A stretch of DNA of 64,000 nucleotides, taken from Marsupella aquatica. Taxonomy: Eukaryota; Plantae; Marchantiophyta. Positions 45,107 through 57,418 of the stretch are shown here, one piece after another. A program made the translations under genes and the position numbers. The notes beneath the pieces were generated by a model that saw only the letters and a program-made list of their open reading frames with translations, ran no database searches and was not told the DNA's origin. Numbering within the stretch: the first letter of the stretch is position 1; every line of letters begins with the position of its first letter. The DNA is taken from positions 15,344,330-15,408,329 of the forward strand of contig OZ316898.1 in NCBI GenBank assembly GCA_973895155.1. The letters run 5' to 3'.

Positions 45107-48007
45107 TTAGCCATTTCATCCAATTGGTCTACATCCTTTACTTCCTCCGGAATTGCAGCTAAAAAGGTCGATTCTATTGTAAAGCAGTCCTCGATCTCTT
45201 CGTCTTCTTCTTCCAAATCACCTTCCATTGGTTCTTGCCATAATCCGCTGGGGGGTACCTCTGGTCCAAATACACTTTCTTCGGTTAGGTCAGTGAGGCA
45301 TTCTAGCCAACGTACTTCATCGGCTGACTCCAGTCCACTGTCGTACCCATCTGCTTCCCTTATGCTTTTCCTACGGTCATCCTTAGTGTCCCAGGATACC
45401 GTGATAGAGGGGTTCTCGAAAGTGAACTGCTTTTTACCCCAATCTTCTATTACCTCGGCTAGGTACAGCCATGGCCTGCCAATTAATAGCCGAAACGACG
45501 TAGGGTTTACCGGCTTCATTACTACATAGTTAATGCTAAAGAAGATACCTCCTATCTCTGTCTTGATGCCGGTTAACACTCCCGTGGGAATGACCTGATA
45601 CCCATTGGCCATGTTCAACACTCTTCCAGTCCTCTCCGGTGTGAGACCCCATCCTTTTGCTGTTGAATCAATCATGATACATACCCCGGATCCTCCATCA
45701 ATGGGTACCCGTAGTAATATTTCTCCTTGAATCATTAATGGTAAAGCTGGGGCTCCTTGATCTTCTTCTATCATTAGTACGTCGGATCTGGTCGCTACCT
45801 TGGGTAATCTTGGCTTGCCGAGAATAGCCTTCCTTAATTGCTTCCGGAAGTACGGGCTATTTTTTAATAGTTGACCTACTGTTGCCGAGACTCTAGATTC
45901 TAGTACATCCTTAGCCAGGTCATAGGGAACAATCGGCTTCTCCTCTGGTGGTATCTCCGTCTTGGATTCGGCCAGTTTTGCCACGCTAGTCTCCACAGCT
46001 GTTGGGTCCTCCGAAGCAAACAATGCTTTTGCTCGTTTCACATCCTTGGCAATGGCTTCGGTATTCTCCAAGGTTTCTAATTCTCTCAGTTGTTCCTTAA
46101 CACTAGCCGTAACAGAGGGGTAGAACAACTTAGGATGATCTCGATTGAAGTCGCTATCTTGTGAAGGATTGGGTTTGGTGGGCTCATGGCTTACCTGTAT
46201 TGCCGGAGCCCTCCCTTCTCCTTCCGTTGATGTTGACGAAGAGTCGATCTTTTCCTTCGTAACCTTCCCTTTATTTTTGGCCAGCCCATCCCACCTTTCC
46301 TTCCTTCTGGTAGATCGAGTAGAGACCCGGTAGCAATCCTGATCTAAATCCTCTTCTGAGAAGGTTGATAGGGCTTCGGCCTCATCATCAGATGGTACGA
46401 ACTCTGCCTCGGCATCCTCTTGCCATCCTAGTTCGATGTGATTGATTTGAACTCCTCCGGGGGTAGTACCTGGCGGTAAGACCTTGACCGGCAAAAGTTT
46501 ATGATTTGCGGCCAGGCCTGCCAACCAAGTAGGACATTGTCCTAGCATATGACCTTCCTGTCGGCATCCCATACATAGCTGAGCTGGTTGTCCATCGCCC
46601 TGTTTGCATGCATTCGGGCATTCTCTAGCAAAATGCCCAGGTTGACCACAATTATAGCATGCCGCAAATCTTTGCACATTCGGCCTAGGAGGTACTGACG
46701 GGTTCTGAATAATCCAAGGATACATCTCTCCTGGATTGTTCCTTAATCCTGACCACAGGGATGCAGGTCTGTTGGATAGGTCTCGTGCTCCAGTCTCACT
46801 GATGCCGAAAACACTATCAGCGGCATCCCCTAAAAAGTACTCTACTTCTCCCTGACACGGTCTGATCTCAGCCACATGCATGCCGAACATGATTAGTATT
46901 AAGTTTAGGACACGCATCTTTATGGTGTCCGGTTTTATAACATAAGGCACACCATACAGAGCTATCCTCTTGTACTACCTTCTTCTTCGGCTTTACCTCT
47001 ACAATTATGGCCTTAAGTTGCTCGGTAAGGGCTACGATGTTATCTGGTGGCTTAGCCTCCAGCTGAACTTTTATCTTCCCTCTCCTTCTGCCCTTCCGTT
47101 TCCTAGTTTTTTCTTCTTCAGAACTAGAAGATGACTCACTCTTGCTACTTCTACTATCCGAGCTTGAGTTATCACTTCTTGACTTCTTAGAATGTTTCTT
47201 CTTCTTATCTTTTTTCTTATGGGGTGATCCCTCCTCTGATGAGGAACTCTCAGACTTAAGCTGTTTCTTCCGGCTTGTGATATCTGCATTAATGTATAAT
47301 TGAATATCCTTAATTGCATCGGCTAAAGTCTTCGGGTTCTCCTTCCTAATTGCAAAACTCATCTTCTGTGGCAAAGCATTCACCAACCATTGAAGTTGCA
47401 TACCTTCAGATGCATTGGTCTTTGTACGTCTTACCAGTTTCTGAAAGCGTTGCAAGAACTTCCTGAAAGATTTGTTTTCCTTGAACCGAAGTCGTCCCAA
47501 CTTCAGCACTGCTAGTTCTGAAGTTCCAATGGGTCAAAACTCCTTAACAAAGAGTGTTTTGAAGATATCCCAGATGGCTTGATCTTCCACATCTAATGCT
47601 CTGTACCAAGGCCTAGCCTCACCCTTGAACAGGCCGGGAAGAATCTGCATCTTGATGGCCGATTCTCCATTTGCTGCAGCGCTTCCCTCGAAATCATCCA
47701 ACCATTCGTCCGGATCCTCATCTCCCTTTCCATGAAATGCCTTGTAATGAATGTGCGACCGTTGGCTCAATCTGGTCCCTGGCCTTTCGTCTGGCCGTGC
47801 CTCTGGTTCCCCCATGTCGGTTGGAGACTCACTTCTCCTTACCGACTCTTCTTCTGGTATGTCTTCTTCGACGCCACTTCCAGTTTTGGAGCTACCAGCT
47901 CTTTCTGCCCCTCTCAGTCGCTGTGTATCATGCCACCCGGCGAGCTGCTGTAGTCGAGCTCTCTCCCGTTGAATCACTCTTTCTTCCCTCGGCGTAAGGT
48001 CAGTCAT
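45013..48007 (-). pseudogene. gag: A2 gag-protease with a premature stop (47534) and a 4-bp duplication (~46876)
   Basis: ORF pieces 48007-47534, 47509-46868, 46950-45013; intact protease motif PIDGGSG. Confidence 0.93.
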
Positions 48008-48076
48008 TACCTACGCTTCCTTTCTAACTTCATATCTCACGGCTTAAGAAATGCCCCCTCCATCTAGCGCCAAAAA

Positions 48077-50551
48077 TGTGGTGCGTCCCATGGCTCCCTA
48101 AACCCAAGAAACTCCCCCAGCTCAAGCCGATTCCCGCAGGTTTCGTGCTTGGCGAGGCCGTTTCCGCGGCTTAGCGGCATGGGACGCTGCTAACTTTCTA
48201 CTACTACTATTAACATTTTACTCACATATACTGGACAGATCCTTCATCGGGTCATGAGATACGTAGCCGGCCTAATATAGGCCTTCCCCTGTCTTCCCCT
48301 GTCTTCCCCTCCGTCTTGTTAGGTATGTTTGGATTCCGCCGCCGGAATGATCCCCAATAGGCTTGGTTAAGCCGCTAAGACCTCTCTCAGCTCGACACAT
48401 CCAACTCTCACTCCCCTGCTTACTTTCCTTCCTTCTAGTTGATGTGGGCACTCTTCACACAAGTTAATGCGACACACAAATAGCAAAATGACTCCTTCTG
48501 ACTGAGTCATACCATGCACTTGCCATACAAATAGTACATCTCATACACAAGCTCTGCGAACTAAGCCGTGAGGCCAACTCTATTCAGCTCTTAGGCATGA
48601 GGAAACATGAATATACACAAGGGTCACTGTATGACTAACCGAGAGCTTCTCTTACTACTTGATCCCAGCCCAGCTGGTGCAAACTAAAAACTTGCTAAAG
48701 AAGAGGCCCTGAGCTCCCCGCTGCCCAGGTACTTATCCTGGTAGTGGATCCGCCTAATTCCTTGCAGCGTAAGCCTAAACTACCTAACAGTAATCTACTT
48801 GCCCGGATCTACCTATGTACAGCAAGGCAGGAGCACAAGTGTTGCTCCTACCAGTGGAACTGCAATCCCACTAAGCTAAGTGTCAGGGCCGCCTCCTGGT
48901 CCTGATCCTAATCCTAAACTTGGAGATCAGCGCCCGCCCTGCCCACTCACGCCTCCTCCCTCCATGTCCGCCCTTCCTAAAAGGAACGGCGCCCTTGCAC
49001 CGTCACGACACCGGTGGTGGATCCTCAATGGACGCCCCCAACGCTTCCTCCTCAGCCACTGCCGTAGGTTCGTTTTCTGACAGATTACCTGCCCTTGACT
49101 GAGTCAACTCTCCATCGGCCTGACTGGGTCCACCATCGGCGTCGGCATCGGCTCAGGAATCATTATCGGCTACGGCCTCAGCCTCGGCTACGGTCTCCCC
49201 GGCCTGCTCAAGAGGCGGATCTGGGATACCGGCCTCATTACTGAGTAGTTCTGCTTGGGCCGCACCATCCCCACCTTTCATGATAGCGGGATCTATTGCC
49301 GTGTTCATGCCGGACGTTGGTGCTGGGTCTACCTCCTTGGTCGCCACGGCCTGTGGAGTCGGATTACTCCTTGACCCTGAAGGTTTCCGCTTCTTCTTCT
49401 TTTCTGGTTCGGCAGCTGGTCCCTTCCCCTTCCCACTTACTTCCGGCACTGGTGCAGGTGGCGCGGCTTTTTCTTCGGCCAGTACCACTCCTGGTAACTT
49501 GGTTGCCCCAATTGGAGTTGGGCCTGATGAAGACAAGCACCTAAATACTGTGGCTTGTTTCTTCAGCCGCTCTGTTTGGTTGTCGGCCCGCCGCTGGAGG
49601 TTCTCCATCTTCCTCGTGATTTCCTCCAACTCCTCCTGGGTCTCATCCAGGTCCTTGCGTGCCTCCTCTAGTTCCTTCTGGGCTTCCTCCCGTTCTTTCT
49701 TCAAGGTAGCCCTCTCCTCCCGGGTTGCTCTTAGCTCCTTGTCGAGCTCTACAATGATGACAGACTCCATCTGGTTCATCTTGGCGTAAGTCTGATCGAG
49801 CATCTCGTCCTTCTCCCTTAGGTCGGCCTTGAAGCTGGCCGTCAGGGACGCAAGCTCCTGCTGCAGCGCCATAATCCCTTGATAGGATTTTCCTAACTCG
49901 GCCTCCTTCTGCTCAAGGGGTCCGCGGATTTTCTCGAGCTCCCCCTTCAACGCCCATTCCTTTCTTTGGGTCTCCGCCATGGCCCGACTGTTGGCTGTTA
50001 TGTGGGCCTCCTCTGCATTCCTCAGCTCTCGCTTCCACTTCTCCCTCTCTTTGATCGTATCGGCCAACTCTCCCTGCGTCTGAGTCAGTTTATCCTTGAT
50101 ATTCTGATTATCAGCCTGCGCGGTGTCCAATAGCCCCTGCATAATGTTCAACTCATGCTGTTTAATCCGCAGTTCATCTTGGGCTTTCTTGGCCACCCTT
50201 AGATCTTCAATCTCGGCTTCCATCCTCCTAAGCCGCCGAATGACCTCGTCCTTCTTGCTTCTCTCTAAAGCCACCGCTTCTTCTAATTGGTGCTTCTCCA
50301 ACTGCTCCCTATGGAAAAGGGTCCTACCTCCAACTCCTCTCCAAAGATGCCGAGCGCAAGTTCCCCACACATCTCACCATACTCCATGGCTCTATTCTTA
50401 GCGTAGGTGGAGTAAGTAGAAGTTATCGGCATCGCCCATCGCGGCCTCTGCTCCCAAGCCGTCTTGCGGATCTCTTCAATCGTGGCTAGAGGTTTGCTTC
50501 CTTTTTCGGCTAGCCGCCTGATGTGCTCCGGCCAATCTCCTCCTGGCAAAT
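48077..50551 (-). repeat. Truncated 5' LTR of A2, including the 3' ~1.5 kb of the LTR ORF
   Basis: Repeats 37160-~39634 at offset ~10917; similarity stops abruptly at ...CCTGGCAAAT|ATCAGCC. Confidence 0.92.
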
Positions 50552-50566
50552 ATCAGCCTATTCATT

Positions 50567-50916
50567 AAAAGTGTATTATTATTTGATTTATGTACATTTG
50601 GGCAATGAAAAGTGTACTTTTGGGCTTGGAAAAGTGTACATTTGGCCAATGAAAAGTGTACATTTGGGGATAGAAAAATGTACAATTGGCCCAAAGAGTG
50701 TACATTTGGGCAATGAAAAGTGTAAATTTGAACATCAAAATAGGTACATTTGGCTTTAAAAGTGTACATTTGAGTACATTTGGCCTAGAAAGTGTACATT
50801 TGAGTGAAAAATGCATACATTTGGCTTAAAAAGTGTACATTTAAGTGCATTTGGTCTAGAAAGTGTAACTTTTAGTGCAACAAAGTGTACATTTGGCCTA
50901 AAAAGTGTACATTTGC
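50567..50916. repeat. Subterminal tandem repeat, ~21-22-bp unit AAAAGTGTACATTTGG (~15 copies)
   Basis: Seen directly; the core approximates the palindrome AAATGTACATTT. Confidence 0.9.
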
Positions 50917-51166
50917 CTACCAACTCTTCTTATAATCATTTAAAAGAAAGGAATGAATAGAAAAATATTTTTAATTATGTAGAAAAAGCAAACATTCATA
51001 TTCATAATGATCAAAAGTTTAGAAAATGAGGAGATAGTATCAAATTAAAACTATTAGAATAGTAAATAACTAGTACGTAAATTACTATGTTTGAATGAGT
51101 GACTATCTTAGTTACATAAAAACTAGTAACTATCTATTTAATTATTATAGCTTCTAACAACTAAGT

Positions 51167-54100
51167 CTACTCTTCCATCCTTTGAAGATAATTTTGGACA
51201 GTTTGTAGAACATTTCGAGGGATCTTCAAACCTCTGCCCGCCATGTTTTCTTCTTTCATTCCAGATTTAAAACCATACATTGCAGAATTTGCATACTGCC
51301 AATGTTGAGTATTCTCACCAAACCCTGGATCTCGTTCCCATGTCTTAGTGGACATGAAACAATTTAGATACCGCGCACTCTCAGTCACATCAAGTTTAGA
51401 GTGTTTAGGTCTCCACCATTCAACTGGGAACATTGGAGCATATTGTCGAGGCAGAGAAGGGTTTGTTGAAGATGTAGTTGGGACTTCATGCTTTGGGTCC
51501 ACCAAACCCAAAGCTCTCACCAACCAGAAATGACCTCCACCATTTTTATTCTCCCAATCATCCTCGGGTCGAAGAAATACAAAGTTTCCTTCACAAATAT
51601 CCTGTAAAGGAATCCATCGTCCTTGTTCTCTCTCAGCTCGAGATCCAACAAATGGTGTTGCTTGATCTTCCATCTCTTCCAAGACCTCATTTTGAAGAGC
51701 CGTTATCTCTGCATTCTCCTCATCTTCACTTGGAGGACCACTTTGTTCCGGTTGGTTGACCTTGTAACCAGTGCCGTGGTTAGTCTTAGGCCAAAATCTG
51801 TTTTTCAAGGGAAATTGAGTACTTCCCTCCCCTTCTAGTGCGAGCCCATTTGTCAACAACTCCACAATTCTCTCCCAATATTTCACAAGAGGAAATCTTT
51901 CCTTATATGCTATAGATGTCTCATCAGTGCAACTCCTTCTCAAAAAATCAAGGTACTTGTTAAGAAATGGGATAATCTCTTCAGATTTTTTGTGTATCTC
52001 TCCAATGGATTTAGCTAAGGGCTCTCCACTAGGTAAAAGAAGAGAATTTGTTGTCAGATCTGTTGCCCAAATGCACCTTCCACCAACTGGAGCCCAAGCT
52101 TGCTTTACATGGGACTTATACTGAAATATTGGTACATTATCTCTCATAGAGAAAAGAAATGATACAGGTTTTGAGTGACCTTGAATATCTTTCACCTTGA
52201 AAGTTTGAAGATATTCTTTGTAAGATGCAACTTCTTGTATCAATCTGGGAACTGGATGAATGCTCTCGCATTCCCATACCTCTGCCATAAGAGCAAGGAG
52301 GGTTGCAACTTCTTTGTGCTGAACTTGATATGATACCTTTGAAAAGAGTGCATCAACATCTTCGTGCGTATGACCAACCATTAGAAAAGACATTTGAACA
52401 GTTTCAAATACTCCTCTACTCACAAGCTCGCTACAAAATGCCATGACAGTCTGGTTTTTGTTGTCCTTTGCTGAATTATCCATCTGCAATGTTAGGTGCC
52501 TTGGCAAGGGCTTGAACGATGGACTGCCTTGCTCTCCTTGCATGTCTTCTCCTTCATCCTTATCTTGTTGGTTTGGGACGGTCTCAGTCCGACTCTCAGC
52601 TCCATCTTCAGAACCAATATACCTATTCATCGGTATATTCTTTGGTTCCAAATAACCCGTCAAAAATGCTTCAAAGTCAAGTAGGGCTTGAAAGAAAGCT
52701 CTGTGAGGTTCCCAATGAAGGCCATCCAACATGTCACCTGTCTTGTCTCCATTGTACTCTTCAAGGTCTCGAAGACACTTAGCCAAGGATGTCACTGTGA
52801 AATCGGCATCTCCTGGCCAAAGGCCAGTGACACTAAAGTGTGCATAAACTCCTGGATCCCTCCCGTGGGTCAACATCCCTGTGAGAGCAATAGGTAGCGG
52901 CATTCCATGACCCGAAAGAGATTTAGGAGTACTAACCATTTTTGGAATCCATGTCTTTGCTTGATCCATCTTGTCGTGAATAATGCAAAGATATTCTCCT
53001 GGGTGTTGTTTGGCCATCACTCGATGAGCGTAGTAAACATATCTACGTGACATTTGCTCACGAAGATGTTGCGCTCGCTTTTCTTCAATTTCAGCACGTT
53101 CTTTTTTCCTTCTTTCTCGCATCAAACTGTCTTTGTATTCACAACAAAGAGTACACTTGGCAAATGCACCATCTTTATGAAAACTAAAGTTTGCAAATGA
53201 GTTGCTCCAGATCTTGTAGAGAGTATTCTCTGTGACAGGAGGAAGCCCTTCTTCCTTCATCTTTGTTCTCACATCTTCCAGAATCTCTAGCTTCTTGTAA
53301 CACGCCGGAAGACGGTACTCAGTAGAGTCTGTCCCATGTGCCCCTCCATAAGGCATATGAGGCATGGGCTCTGCATTTCGAGTCAAAAAAGCCTCCAACA
53401 GAGCTCATGCATGCAAGGTATTTGCCCTTGTTTTCATCAAGCCCGTATTGCCATGGAACCCAATTTTGCAACCCTCCACATATCTCCTTTTGTAATCATA
53501 ATATTTGGTGTGGCTAAAACCGTGGATAATTGCAAATGCATGTCTGCATACGACCATACCCTTAAGAACATGGTGTCCCTTATCACGAACATCATCCTCT
53601 CTATAGTGAAAGAGGTTGAAAATGTGTGACGTTTTTGACTCGCTTGACATCCCATGAAATTCCATCCTAATATCTTCGATGTTTTCCCTTGGCATAATGA
53701 GACAACATTTTTGCTTGCAACAATTTTCTCTTTTCACGTCATCAATTGACGCCTCTGTTGTTTTTGAAATTGCCTTGGTTTCCAACAACCTCCTCTTCTT
53801 TTCATTAGGATCTACTTGATTCCTCTTGTTGAAATTGTACGGCCTTGAACACAGTACTCCTCTATCACTTACATCCGCATTGAGTTCATCCCTATCCATT
53901 GAGTCCATCCTCTCAGAACCTTCCACCAAAATGTTTGACAAAAATTTTCCATTTGCAACTAGTTTTGTTGAATCAATCCGCCATCGAATCAAACTCACTA
54001 CTCCCTTGTGGATGTTGGGAAAGTATTGTGCTGCCACGACATCTTTCACAGCAATCCCAACATGGTCATCACCAAGAATTTCATCATCAACTACTGCTGT

Positions 54101-54925
54101 CACTTGAGGGACAGTGATCGTTCCAGTGGCAACCATTTTGGTTCGATCCAAACCAGTGTAGAGTTCAACCAACTCTGACATCCAGTTTGCCCGATGAAAA
54201 TAGTCACACCTAGTGTCCGTGGTGTTCGCCAAACAAGACTGTGAAACAAAATTTGCCTTGTCCTTCTGCTTCTTAGAGGAAGATTTGTTGCTCCCATCAA
54301 TATCAACATTCCATACTTTATTGTGGACGTCAACCACATCCCATAGAACCCAGGAGCCCTTTGCCTCTTCAATTGTTGCAGCTCCACCATGTGCGTAAGG
54401 TAAAGTCTTACTACCATGGATCACATCTGTGACTTTTACACTAACCCGAGACTCACCGAGTAATATGTTATGACATCTCTCCATTGGATCGGTCTTGAAA
54501 ACAACTCCAAAGGCCACACAATGGCCAGAGATAAACATTTCAACCTCATCGCCTGGCCTTAGGGTGGTCGAAGCATCCTCCTCTACATTTGCAAAATTAT
54601 GGATGTTGTTATCTTTTCGAGTCGAACAACTACCAATACTGATGCATTTTTGAGTAATCTTATCCGCAGATCGATATGCACATGACATATCCCAAATGAC
54701 ACATGAGTCAATGGCATCATGAAGATTTTCTGCCCTAGGCATTGGAAAAGGGAGCTTCCTAGTCTCACCAAAGGCCTTCTCAATGAGAACCCCAATTCGA
54801 TTCTCTCCCAGCACAATATTTTGAACACTCTCTCGCGGATCTGTCTTTTGAACTGTCCCATTTCCAACGTCGTAACCATCGATTGTCAAGGTAACATCAT
54901 CGCCCCTAGAAAACCTTTGAGACAT
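51167..54925 (-). pseudogene. Sola-like DDD transposase with three N-terminal TNP1/En-Spm-like domains; one in-frame TGA at 53405-53407
   Basis: ORFs 54946-53405 and 53398-51167 share a frame (...NTLHA*ALLEAF...). Cys motifs CCKQKC, VCRHAF, KCTLC; catalytic-like IIHDKMD, LQMDNSAKDNKN, FLMVGHTHEDVD. Confidence 0.8.
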
Positions 54926-54989
54926 CCTTTTCCTATTTTCCTGCACACTGAAAAAAATGGATTAAAACCAACCTCATGCAAATTTTGAT

Positions 54990-55935
54990 TCAGACTACTA
55001 TCCTCCAATTTTGGATTTGGACTAGGACCATCCGAGTCTGGATTTGCACCGGGACCATCCAAATCTGGATTAGGACTGCAATTCTCCGAGTCTAGATTTG
55101 GACTAGGACCATCCGAGTCTGGATTTGCACCGGGACCATCCAAGTCTGGATTAGGACTGCAATTCTCCGAGTCTAGATTTGGACTATGATCCTCCGATTC
55201 TGGATTTGGCCTGGGACCATCCGAGTCCGGATTTGGACCGGGACCATCCAAGTTCGGATTTGGACTGCAATCCTCCGAGTCTGGATTTGGACTACAATCC
55301 TCCGATTCTGGATTTGGATTGGGACCATCCGAGTCCGGATTTGGACCGGGACCATCCAAGTCCGGATTTGGACTGCAATCCTTCGAGTCTGGATTTGGAC
55401 TACGATCCTCCGATTCTGGATTTGGACTGGGACCATCCCAGTCCAAGGTTGGACTAGGACCATCCCAATCCAAACTAGGACTCGGACCATCCCAATCCAA
55501 ACTAGGACTTGGACCATCCAAGTCCAAACCTGGACTCGGACCATCCCAATCCAAACTTGGACTTGGACCATCCCAATCCAAACTTGGACTCGGACCATCC
55601 CAATCCAAACTAGGACTTAGACCATCCAAGTCCAAACTAGGACTCGGACCATCCCAATCCAAACTTGGACTCGGACCATCCTAATCCAAACTTGGACTCG
55701 GACCATCCAAGTTCAAACTTGGACTCAGATGATCCCAATCCAAAGTTGGACTCGGACCATCGTAATCCAAAGTTGGACTCGGACCATCCCAATCCAAACT
55801 AGGACTTGGACCATCCAAGTTCAAACTTGGACTCGTATGATCCCAATCCAAAGTTGGACTCAGATGATCCCAAATGAATGCAAACTTGGACTAGGACCAT
55901 CCGAATCCAAACTTGGACTAGGACCATCCTAGACC
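54990..55935. repeat. 27-bp palindromic tandem array (~35 units), probably in a 5'-UTR intron of the transposase gene
   Basis: Unit ~TTGGACTCGGACCATCCCAATCCAAAC; perfect copy TTGGACTGGGA-CCA-TCCCAGTCCAA at 55422-55446. Candidate - strand intron from GTGAGT (56136) to TTTCAG (54948). Confidence 0.9.
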
Positions 55936-57146
55936 AACCCATGATGTAATGGGAGATAAACTTCAAACATCTTAAGCTAAGAAAAATCCAAATTTAGGAA
56001 GACCCCGTATTTTACAGATCTCCCTAGATATGGTGTAGCCTAAAGTTTGTGTGGTCTTAAGGCAGACCCTAATGTCTACATACAGTTTCATGAAATAATG
56101 GAACCTTATATTTGAATGCATTAACCTTATACTCACCTTAGTATTAAGATCTGGTAGAAGATGAATATCACATCCAAGGGGTATACATTGTTGTTTGAAT
56201 AATGGTAAAAACTTCCCAGAAGCTTGAAATACAAGCTATATGCCACTAAATCTTGGGAGTAAAAAACAAACTGAACCCTAAACCACACATGTCTGTAAAA
56301 GATAAACTGAGAGGACTCCAAAAGTCAAGAAGATGGCTAAGCTGACCCAATGAAGGTAAGTGGCTCAATACATAACACTTTAAGAGAAACTCCACTCCGG
56401 ATTACATGGAGCTTAGACTTGGGAAACTAGAACAAGAATGAGCTCTGAAGTGGGCGTCTCCCAAATTATACCCTTTGCTCGAGTCGGCTCAACCGGAAAT
56501 CGCATGAAGATAAGGGTTGAGTACGCGTTCACCTTAGCTTGCGGACACACCTTATCTTCACGAGCCTATTTGCGCGGGGACTACCATGGAAGGCTGTTAG
56601 GTAGGCAGGACATCAAGGAAGGAGGCCATATGCAAGGTGAGGGCAACGGGCCGTACGCCATAGCAGGCCGTACGCAGTAGAAGGAGGCAACCGGCCATAC
56701 ACAGGCCGGGGTGAGGCAGGAGGGGGTAAAGGGACGGAGAGGTCCAGCCAGGACCTCATTCTCATTCTCTCACTCCTCGCTCTCTCGCTCTCTCGCTCTC
56801 CTCTTGCTCTCCTCCTCACTCTCTCGCTCTCCTTGCTCTCCGCTCTCTCTCCGCTATTCGTTCTCTCTCTGCCTCCCCGCCTCCGCCTGCCTCCGCCTTC
56901 CACCTTCCACCTCCATTCTTTTTTATTGCCCTAGATCGGACGCCTGCTAAGACGCCACGTGTCATGCTGCCACGTGTTAGAAAGATGGAAGCGAATCACG
57001 TCCTTGTGATGTCCTACGTGGAAGAAACGGAGGAGTTTGACCTCTCCTCTATGAGCGACAGTGTGGAACTTGCACTCGAAGACTCTAGACAATTTCAATC
57101 ACGAATCCCTAGTAAGTATCTATCACCTATCCTCCCTAAGTCTTAG

Positions 57147-57380
57147 AGGACTGGGACCATCCGAGTCCAAACTTGGACTCGGACCATCCCAATCCAAACT
57201 TGGACTCGGACCATCCAAATCCAAACTTGGACTCGGATGATCCCAATCCAAAGTTGGACTCGGACCATCCCAATCCAAAGTTGGACTCAGATGATCCTAA
57301 TCCATCTGGGAGATTGAATCCCGATTGTAGGAGCAAGTCTAAAACCATCTCAAGTTGGACTAGGACCATCCTAATCCAAC
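57147..57380. repeat. Second array of the same 27-bp palindromic unit, upstream of the ParB/MTase gene
   Basis: ~6 tandem units plus one at ~57355-57380; mostly inside a candidate intron GTAAGT(57112)...TTGTAG(57330). Confidence 0.88.
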
Positions 57381-57418
57381 AAGAGTTATTCGAATGTTTT
57401 AAAGGTTTCAAGTCTAAC

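Larger units (their letters stand above)
37160..50551 (-). mobile_element. Family A copy 2 (defective; 5' LTR cut at ~50551 by the Sola-like element)
   Basis: 3' LTR 37160-41852, PPT ~41856-41865, pol 41841-45106, gag-PR 45013-48007, PBS ~48055-48072, partial 5' LTR 48077-50551. Confidence 0.95.

Noticed and set aside
37160-48076. Identical LTR (4,693) and internal (6,224) lengths in A1 and A2 despite several indels
   Set aside because: The internal indels are post-insertion-type lesions that happen to cancel; two copies cannot show a length constraint.
48077-50551. Tandem elements sharing a short (~0.9-kb) LTR, using the purine run at 10850-10880 as PPT
   Set aside because: A3 starts at the TG matching 7056 in unrelated flank, terminal inverted repeats match there, and family B shows a TSD-bounded 4-kb coding LTR.
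50476-50816. Short ORFs across the A2/Sola junction
   Set aside because: Translations of the TGTACA repeat.
54886-55932. ORFs such as (DWDGPSPSL)n
   Set aside because: Open in several frames only because of the 27-bp repeat; probably intronic.
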